Source: Armatimonadota bacterium (lineage in GTDB: Bacteria; Armatimonadota; SYMT01). Taken from it: DNA of 64,000 bases. The notes under the pieces were generated by a model that had not been told where the DNA came from, ran no database searches, and worked only from the letters and a program-made list of their open reading frames with translations. This document shows positions 57,895 to 64,000 of the stretch, in pieces. The position numbers and the translations under genes are program-made. The DNA is taken from NCBI GenBank assembly GCA_046292385.1, contig JBKBRF010000009.1, forward strand, positions 64,001 through 128,000. Direction: 5' to 3'. The stretch's first letter is position 1; each line of letters starts with the position of its first letter.

Positions 57895-59042
57895 TTCGCT
57901 GCTTTCACCCGGGAGACGTGTGTCTCCAGATCGGCGACCTTCTGCTCCCACCGCTCCGCCCGCATCGCCTCGCTCCGGGCGCGGCGGCGCTCGGGGGAGT
58001 CGGTGCGGAGCGCCTCCTCCACCGCGCGAATGAACTCCTCGTGGTCTCCCGCCAGCCGGCAGTGCTCTCCGTAGGGGGCCACCTCCGGAAGCGCCGTGGA
58101 GACCACCGAAAGGCCGGCGGAGAGGTATTCGCGCAGCTTGATCGGGTTCACGTGCACGGTCAGGTCGTTCACGAGGAACGGGATCAGCGCGACGTCGAAG
58201 CCCTTGCAGTAGGCGGGGAGCTCGGAGTAGGGCTTGCGGCCGAGAAAGCGGACGTTCGGGATCCGCTCCAGGGCGGAGGTGTCGACGCACGACTTCCCCA
58301 CGATCACCACGTTCCAGTCCGGGTGCCGGGCCGCCAGCTTCGCGAGCAGCTCCTGGTCGACCCACTCCTGGATCAACCCGAAAAACCCGATCACCGGGCC
58401 GCGCAGCCCGGCCAGCTCCGGCGCGGGCGGCGTCTCCGGCAGCAAGGCGCGGGAGAAGTGCTCGTGGTCGACCCCGTGGAGCGCCAGCAGCGTCTCCGCG
58501 TTGAACGGCTCCCGGCTCGCCTTCAGTGAGTGCGCGGTGGCGAAGACGACGTCTGCCTTCCGGCAGATCTCCTCGTCCATCCGGGCCATGCGCTCGCCGT
58601 CGAGGTAGCCGAACTTCGACCACTCGTCGATGCAGTAGTAGACGAGCAGCGACTCCCCCAGCCGGCCGGCGTACTCCACCGCGTTCGGGAGGAAGCTCCA
58701 GAGCTGGAACTCCCGCATCGAGAGCTTCCGCCGCAGGGCGGCCAGCGTGGCGCGAAGGATGACGCGGTTCAGCGCGATGGCGAGGCGGTGGTGCGGAAAC
58801 GGAAGAACCAGCGGCGTGAAGACCCAGAGGTTCTTCTCCACCTCCTTCGGCCCTCGCAGGAACGCGGCGATCTTCGCCCGGATCTTCCGCACGTCCTGGC
58901 CGCTCGAGAGGCTCGGCGACCGCATGGAGATCGAGTTCAGCCACAGCACGCGGTGCCTCCGGGCCAGGAGCCGCATGACGTGGTTGTTGCTGGTCGGGTC
59001 TTCGCTCCAGTCCTTGGCGAAGCAGACGATGTTCTCACCCAT
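57861..59042 (-). CDS. GT4 glycosyltransferase (TuaH-like)
   Basis: VYYCIDEW, ADVVFATA, HGVD..HF, IGFFGLI, FDVALIPF, NPIKLREYLSAG. Start trimmed to MGENIV. Confidence 0.88.
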   Translation of the reverse strand: MGENIVCFAKDWSEDPTSNNHVMRLLARRHRVLWLNSISMRSPSLSSGQDVRKIRAKIAAFLRGPKEVEKNLWVFTPLVLPFPHHRLAIALNRVILRATLAALRRKLSMREFQLWSFLPNAVEYAGRLGESLLVYYCIDEWSKFGYLDGERMARMDEEICRKADVVFATAHSLKASREPFNAETLLALHGVDHEHFSRALLPETPPAPELAGLRGPVIGFFGLIQEWVDQELLAKLAARHPDWNVVIVGKSCVDTSALERIPNVRFLGRKPYSELPAYCKGFDVALIPFLVNDLTVHVNPIKLREYLSAGLSVVSTALPEVAPYGEHCRLAGDHEEFIRAVEEALRTDSPERRRARSEAMRAERWEQKVADLETHVSRVKAAKCSSKRSYALA

Positions 59043-59154
59043 AAGGCTGCCCGTCCGCGTGGTGCGGGGCCTCTCGAATGGGCTCCGGCAGGCCGACGCG
59101 GCTATCACGGGCATCAGGTGCCGGGGGTTCGGGAGCCGTGCACCGGGACAAGTG

Positions 59155-59230
59155 GGGAGATGGAAGAGGAGAGAAGAAAGAGCGGGACCGGAGACGGGAT
59201 CTTCTCTTTCATCTTTCCTCTCTTCTCTTC
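59155..59230. repeat. Imperfect palindromic purine/pyrimidine heptamer array (GAGAAGA / TCTTCTC type)
   Basis: GAAGAGGAGAGAAGAAAGAG ... TCTTTCATCTTTCCTCTCTTCTCTTC; a similar pyrimidine arm occurs at about 53-80. Confidence 0.55.
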
Positions 59231-59317
59231 AGGCTTGTCCCGGTGCACGAGGGGCGGCGGGTGGGCACCTCTCGGCTGGCCTGGTCCGGGGGAGATCCGG
59301 CGGAGGGCGGAGGTGCG

Positions 59318-60271
59318 ATGAACTGGCGAGTGAAGGCGTTGACGCAGAAGACGCTCTCGGTGCTCCCGGGGGGCGAGCGCATGCACTCCCTGCTGCAGCG
59401 GCGGTGCGGCGGCCTGAGCCACTTCGAGGGGGAGTGCTCGAGCAAGATCCAGGACTGGAAGAACATGGCGCTCCTGCTGCGCCAGGCCGGGGTACCGCTG
59501 GAAGGGAGCCGCCTCCTGGAGATCGGGACCGGCTGGTACCCCACCCTGCCGTTCTGCTGCGCGGCGGCGGGCGCGGCGGAGGTGCTGACGATCGACCTGA
59601 ACCGCTACCTCGACCCGGAGCTCACGCGCCGCTGCGCGGAGCTGGTCGAGGAGCAGTTGGAGGAGATCGCCGCGTGCGCGGGCCGCTCTCTCCCGACGAC
59701 TCGGGGGGACTGGCAGCGCGTCGCGGAGCTGGTCCGCTCCGGGCGCGCGCTCGAGAGCAAGGCCGGCGCCCGCCTGCGCTACCTGGCCCCCGGCGACGCC
59801 ACGCGCACCGGCCTTCCCGCGGACTCGCTCGACGTCGTCTTCTCCAACTCGGTATTGGAGCACGTCCCGCCGCGGGTGATCGAGGGGATGATGCGGGAGA
59901 GCTTCCGCATCCTGCGGCCGGGCGGGGTGGTCTTCCACAGTGTCAACTGCGGAGACCACTACAGCTACTTCGATTCCTCCGTGACGCAGCTCAACTACCT
60001 GCGCTACTCGGACCGGCAGTGGAGCCTCTGGAACAACGCCTTCCTCTACCAGAACCGGCTGCGGGCGGTCGACTTCGTCCGCATGGCCAGGGAGCACGGG
60101 TTCGAAGTCGAGATCGACACCTCGCACCCCACTCCCCAGCGGCAGCAGGAGCTGCGGCACGTGCCGGTCGCCCGCCGGTTCCGCGACTACTCGCCGGACG
60201 ACCTCTGCATCACCACGATCGACTTCGTGGCCCGCAAGCCGGGCCGGCAAGAGGCCGGGGGCGTCGAATGA
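59318..60271 (+). CDS. Class I SAM-dependent methyltransferase
   Basis: LLEIGTGW, DSLDVVFSNSVLEHVP, RILRPGG; GGAGG RBS. Confidence 0.88.
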   Translation: MNWRVKALTQKTLSVLPGGERMHSLLQRRCGGLSHFEGECSSKIQDWKNMALLLRQAGVPLEGSRLLEIGTGWYPTLPFCCAAAGAAEVLTIDLNRYLDPELTRRCAELVEEQLEEIAACAGRSLPTTRGDWQRVAELVRSGRALESKAGARLRYLAPGDATRTGLPADSLDVVFSNSVLEHVPPRVIEGMMRESFRILRPGGVVFHSVNCGDHYSYFDSSVTQLNYLRYSDRQWSLWNNAFLYQNRLRAVDFVRMAREHGFEVEIDTSHPTPQRQQELRHVPVARRFRDYSPDDLCITTIDFVARKPGRQEAGGVE

Positions 60272-61419
60272 ACGAGAAGCAGCGCTTCACCCTGCAGATC
60301 GCCGCCCGGGCCGGCGCGGCACTGGCGCGGCAGACGCTGACCCCGCGCCGGCGCACCGGGCCGGTCGAGATCTACCTGGCGCTGGTCGACCACTTCGAGC
60401 CGAGCGTCGGCCGGCCGTCCCGGGCGGTCGCCCACCGGCGGCTGGAAGACTGGCTGACCCGGTATCCACAGGTCGCCGGCCGGCACCGGGACGCCGACGG
60501 CCGGCATCCCGCCCACACCTTCTGCTACCCGTGGGATGAGCTCGACCCGTGGGAGCTGGACCGGCTCGCGGAGCTCTGCGCGGAGGGCTGGGGGGAGATC
60601 GAGCTGCATCTCCACCACCGGGACGACACCGAAGCGACCCTCCGCACGAAGCTGCGGGAGGCGCTGCGGACCTACCGCGCCGCCGGAGCGCTCTCCGAGT
60701 GGCCGGACGGCCGAACCGCCTTCGGCTTCGTGCACGGGAACTGGGCGCTCGACAACTCCCGCTGCGATGACGGCCGCAACTTCTGCGGTGTGAACAGCGA
60801 GATTTCCGTTCTCATCGAGGAAGGCTGCTACGCCGACTTCACCTTCCCCGCGTGGCAGCAGACGGCGCAGCCGCGGCAGGTGAGCTCGATCTTCTACGCG
60901 GTCGACGACCCGGCGCGGCCGAAGTCGCACGACCGCGGCCTCCCCGCCCGCGCCGGAGCTTCCGCCGGTGCCGGCCTGCCGATCATCCAGGGGCCGCTCG
61001 TCCCGTTCCTCAAGCGCCGCGGGTGGAAGCCGCTGCCCGCCATGGACGACGGCGACCTCGCCGCCTACCGCCGCTACGAGCCGGCGCGGCTCGACCGGTG
61101 GGTGCGCGCCGGGATCCACGTGGCCGGCTGCCCGGACCGCGTCTTCATCAAGCTCCACTGCCACGGCGCGGAGGATGCCAACCGCCAGGCGCTGCTGGGA
61201 GAGGACCTGGAGGCGCTCTTCACCGACGCCGAAGCGCGGTACAACGACGGCGAGCGCTATCGCCTTCACTACGTCTCCGCGCGGGAGATGTTCAACACCA
61301 TGCGCGCGATCGAGACCGTCGGCCCCCGCGCCCCCCTCTCCCCCCGCGACTGGCTCCTCCCCCGCCCCCAGGCCGCTGCTATCGGGCGAGGTCGGGAGTT
61401 GACGGCTTGCACCGCCTGA
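60268..61419 (+). CDS. Hypothetical His/Asp-rich protein, probable glycoside hydrolase/deacetylase beta-alpha barrel
   Basis: VDHFEP, HTF.YP, GEIELHLHH, FVHGNWALDNSR, CYADFTFP, FIKLHCHG, LHYVSAREM; ATGA overlap with the methyltransferase. Confidence 0.7.
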   Translation: MNEKQRFTLQIAARAGAALARQTLTPRRRTGPVEIYLALVDHFEPSVGRPSRAVAHRRLEDWLTRYPQVAGRHRDADGRHPAHTFCYPWDELDPWELDRLAELCAEGWGEIELHLHHRDDTEATLRTKLREALRTYRAAGALSEWPDGRTAFGFVHGNWALDNSRCDDGRNFCGVNSEISVLIEEGCYADFTFPAWQQTAQPRQVSSIFYAVDDPARPKSHDRGLPARAGASAGAGLPIIQGPLVPFLKRRGWKPLPAMDDGDLAAYRRYEPARLDRWVRAGIHVAGCPDRVFIKLHCHGAEDANRQALLGEDLEALFTDAEARYNDGERYRLHYVSAREMFNTMRAIETVGPRAPLSPRDWLLPRPQAAAIGRGRELTACTA

Positions 61420-61538
61420 GCGCCTCGCGGCACTCCTGCTGCTCTCGTCAGGTTCGGTGAGTAGGAGTAAGAGTTGTCGACGACCCTCCAGGTCACCCGC
61501 GGCCAGGAAAAGTGCGGCGGCGGCTCCTGCTCACGGGG

Positions 61539-61655
61539 CCTCACCCTCGATCCCTCTCCTGTGAGGAGAGGGAAACTATGGGTGTGATGCCGCGACTCCC
61601 CCTTCCCTCGCAGGGAAGGCTTGTCCCCCGAACGGGGGAGGGCCGGGGGGTTAGG
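61539..61655. repeat. Three-hairpin palindromic element (CCCTCTCC/GGAGAGGG type REP-like)
   Basis: TCCCTCTCCT-GTG-AGGAGAGGGA, CCTTCCCT-CGC-AGGGAAGG and TCCCCCG-AA-CGGGGGA, enclosed by CCTCACCC...GGGTTAGG. Confidence 0.7.
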
Positions 61656-61727
61656 CCGCGCCGAAGCGCCTGCCGATCGCCATTGGACCGAGAGCTGAGG
61701 TCGGAGATGCCGCTCCGGGCCGCGGTG

Positions 61728-62921
61728 CTACGCCGGCAACAGCAGCGGGTTTGCCGCCCCCTCGTGACACGCATCCCGCAGCGCCGTGTAGAGCGTGTCC
61801 GCGAAGCAGTCCCAGGAGAGGCAGGGCACGGTAGCGCGCAGCGCTTCCGGGTCCCAGGGGCGCGAGAGCACGTCGGTGAGGGCGGCGGCGAGCACCTTTG
61901 GCCGGTCGGCGGGGACCAGCAGCCCGTTCCCGCGGCTCAGCAGTTCCGGGACGCCGCCGACCATTGAGGCGACCACCGGGCGCCCGGACGCAAGTGCCTC
62001 CAGCACCACGTTCGGGCACCCCTCGCGGCGGCTGGGAAGGCAGAGCAGGTCGCCGGCGGAGATCCAGGTCGGGATCTGCTCGTAGGGCTGCCGGCCGTGG
62101 AACCGCACCCGGCTCTCCAGTCCCAGCTCCCGCACCCGCGCCTCCAGCGACGGCCGGAGCGGCCCATCGCCGACGAGCGCGATCTGCGGCACCGGCTTTC
62201 CAGCCGCCGCCAGCGCGCCGGCCGCTTCGACCAGCACGTCCGGGCCCTTCTCCGGCACCAGGTTGCCGACGTAGGTGACGAGCCGCGCCTCCGGATCGAG
62301 ATCCAGACGGCCGCGCGCGTGCTCCCGGCTGGAGATCCGGAACCGCTCGCCGTCTACCCCGTTATGCTGCACGATGATCCGCTCGCCGGGGATGCCGAGC
62401 TGCCGGATGCGGCGGTCCAGCGCCCGGCTCACCACGATCGTGCGCTGCGCCTGTCCCAGGCCCCAGCGGATCTGCTTGCGCAGGCCGGGGTGCTGCAGGA
62501 ATTCGTTGGCGTCGCTGCCGAGCACCATCGTCACCAGCGGCAGCCCCAGCTCCCGCGCCAGGTGCGCGGCGGCGACGCCGTCCGGATAAGCCCAGGCGGC
62601 GAGGATCGCGTCGAAGCCGATCTCCCGCTGCAGCCGCTTCACCTGGCTCCGGAGCGAACGGTACATGCCCTGCGCGTGGAGCACGCGGCCGACCCGCGGC
62701 GCGGTCCAGTAGGTCGGGAACGCGGCGCGGATTCCGGTCCACTCCTCCTCCGGCGGGCGGACGAGCGCGGAGGGCTGGCGCAGGCGCTCCCACCACGGCA
62801 CCGGGGCCAGCAGGCGCAGGTCGCACCGGCGGGCCAGCGCGTCGAAGCCGTTCAGGTTGAACGTGCCGCGCGTGGGACGCTGCCGGGAGGGGAAGAGGTT
62901 GGTCAGCACGAGAGCCCGCAT
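61728..62921 (-). CDS. GT4 glycosyltransferase (TuaC-like)
   Basis: LTNLFP, AWAYPDG, LGSD, HNGVD, VGNLVPEKG, LPSRREGCPNVVLEALASGRPVV. Start trimmed to MRALVL. Confidence 0.9.
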   Translation of the reverse strand: MRALVLTNLFPSRQRPTRGTFNLNGFDALARRCDLRLLAPVPWWERLRQPSALVRPPEEEWTGIRAAFPTYWTAPRVGRVLHAQGMYRSLRSQVKRLQREIGFDAILAAWAYPDGVAAAHLARELGLPLVTMVLGSDANEFLQHPGLRKQIRWGLGQAQRTIVVSRALDRRIRQLGIPGERIIVQHNGVDGERFRISSREHARGRLDLDPEARLVTYVGNLVPEKGPDVLVEAAGALAAAGKPVPQIALVGDGPLRPSLEARVRELGLESRVRFHGRQPYEQIPTWISAGDLLCLPSRREGCPNVVLEALASGRPVVASMVGGVPELLSRGNGLLVPADRPKVLAAALTDVLSRPWDPEALRATVPCLSWDCFADTLYTALRDACHEGAANPLLLPA

Positions 62922-64000
62922 CAGCCGGGTACCTCCTGGCGGCGCAGCCCCGGCTCGGCCGGGCGCCGTAAGCACTGTTCGTAAAGGGCGTCATACTCCC
63001 GGAGCATCCGTTCGAACGAGAAGGCCGAGCGCACGTGCTCGCAGCTCGCGGCGCCCAGCTCCTCTCGCAGCGCGGGCGACTCGCAGAGACGCCGGAGCGC
63101 CGCCGCGAGCGCCTCCGGCTGGTTGACCGGAACCAGCAGCCCGTGCCGCCCGTGCTCCATTACCTCCGGAATCCCGCCCACGCGAGTCGCCACGACGGGC
63201 ACCCGATGCGACATCGCTTCGAGGACCGAGAGCGGAAGCCCCTCACTTAAGGACGGAAGCACGAAGAAGTCTGCCGCACCGAGGAGGTCCGGGACGTCGG
63301 CCCGGAAGCCGAGGAATCTTACGCGCTCCTGGAGGCCCAGCCGTACGGAGAGCGCCTGGAGCTCGCCACGCGCGGCGCCGTCGCCGGCGATCAACACCGT
63401 CAGCGGCACGCCTTCTCCGCGAAGGATCGCGCTCGCCTGCAGCAGCGTGTCGTGTCCCTTGCAGCCGTCCACGCGGGCCGCGATCAGGGCTGCGGTCTCT
63501 GCGCCGAGCCCCAGCTCCGCGCGGACCGCCTCCCGGCTCCGCCGCGCCGGCTTCGGCTCGATGCCGTTCAGGATCGCGCAGCAGCGGGAGCGCGGAAAGC
63601 CGGGCCAGACCTGCTCGCCGGCGGCCCGGGAGACGCCGACCACCGCGGAAGTGAGTCGGCGCTCCAGCGGCGAGGGCGTGCGCGCGTCGGCGCGGCCCCG
63701 GCCGTGGTAGGTCATCACCACCGGGGCGCCCGTCACGATCCGGCCCAACACAGCGTAGTGGAGAGCGCTGGGGTTGTGCGCGTGGAGGAGGTCCGGGCGG
63801 AGCCGCCGGAGAAGGCGGAGACCCCGCGCCGCCCGGCTGAGCCGGCCCGGCTGGGAGAGCGCCGCGGCTATTACGCCCTGGCGCTGCGCCTCCTCCAGGA
63901 GCGGCCCGCCAGCCAGGCCGACCACCGCGGCGTGATGCCCCGCGCGGCACTGCTCCGCCGCGAGACGGATGGCGAAGTGCTCCAGCCCACCCACCTGAAA
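62921..64000 (-). CDS. GT4 glycosyltransferase (5' end beyond window)
   Basis: GGLE, DLLHAH, LNGI, KGH..LL, FLGFRADV, LPSLSEGLPLSVLEAM, VGGIPEV. Confidence 0.88.
   Translation of the reverse strand, partial: FQVGGLEHFAIRLAAEQCRAGHHAAVVGLAGGPLLEEAQRQGVIAAALSQPGRLSRAARGLRLLRRLRPDLLHAHNPSALHYAVLGRIVTGAPVVMTYHGRGRADARTPSPLERRLTSAVVGVSRAAGEQVWPGFPRSRCCAILNGIEPKPARRSREAVRAELGLGAETAALIAARVDGCKGHDTLLQASAILRGEGVPLTVLIAGDGAARGELQALSVRLGLQERVRFLGFRADVPDLLGAADFFVLPSLSEGLPLSVLEAMSHRVPVVATRVGGIPEVMEHGRHGLLVPVNQPEALAAALRRLCESPALREELGAASCEHVRSAFSFERMLREYDALYEQCLRRPAEPGLRRQEVPG

Overview
High-GC (roughly 70% by eye) bacterial chromosomal window with about 44 credible CDSs. I found no rRNA, tRNA, CRISPR array or intact transposase. 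The Bacillota-like gene order efp-accB-accC-nusB-dxs, combined with Planctomycete-type DUF1501/DUF1549/DUF1553 genes and a prepilin-type gene, suggests an Armatimonadota-like organism (inference only). Layout: (1) 1-8.4 kb: mgtE, Mrp/ApbC, an orphan GAF-PAS histidine kinase and membrane proteins. (2) 8.4-19.6 kb: a DUF1549/DUF1553 + DUF1501 + YVTN-diheme cytochrome c cluster split by a Uma2 nuclease gene. (3) 19.9-28.8 kb: a frameshifted HTH/Zn-PD-(D/E)xK gene, a GT1-MutS-like pair, a flippase-like protein, an amidohydrolase pair and a YHS lipoprotein. (4) 28.9-36.5 kb: efp, a BCCP homolog with Arg in place of the biotin-accepting Lys, a pilin-like gene, accC, a candidate 6S-like RNA, nusB, dxs and an amidase. 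(5) 36.5-64 kb: a Wzy-dependent exopolysaccharide region. It contains a Wzc-like copolymerase lacking the Walker A lysine and tyrosine cluster, twin receiver-domain regulators (PP2C and GGDEF outputs), and two large secreted glycan-active proteins that share near-identical C-terminal DNA cassettes. Intergenic regions carry several families of palindromic short repeats, one copy of which sits in frame inside a protein-coding gene. All product calls come from motif recognition; no database searches were run.
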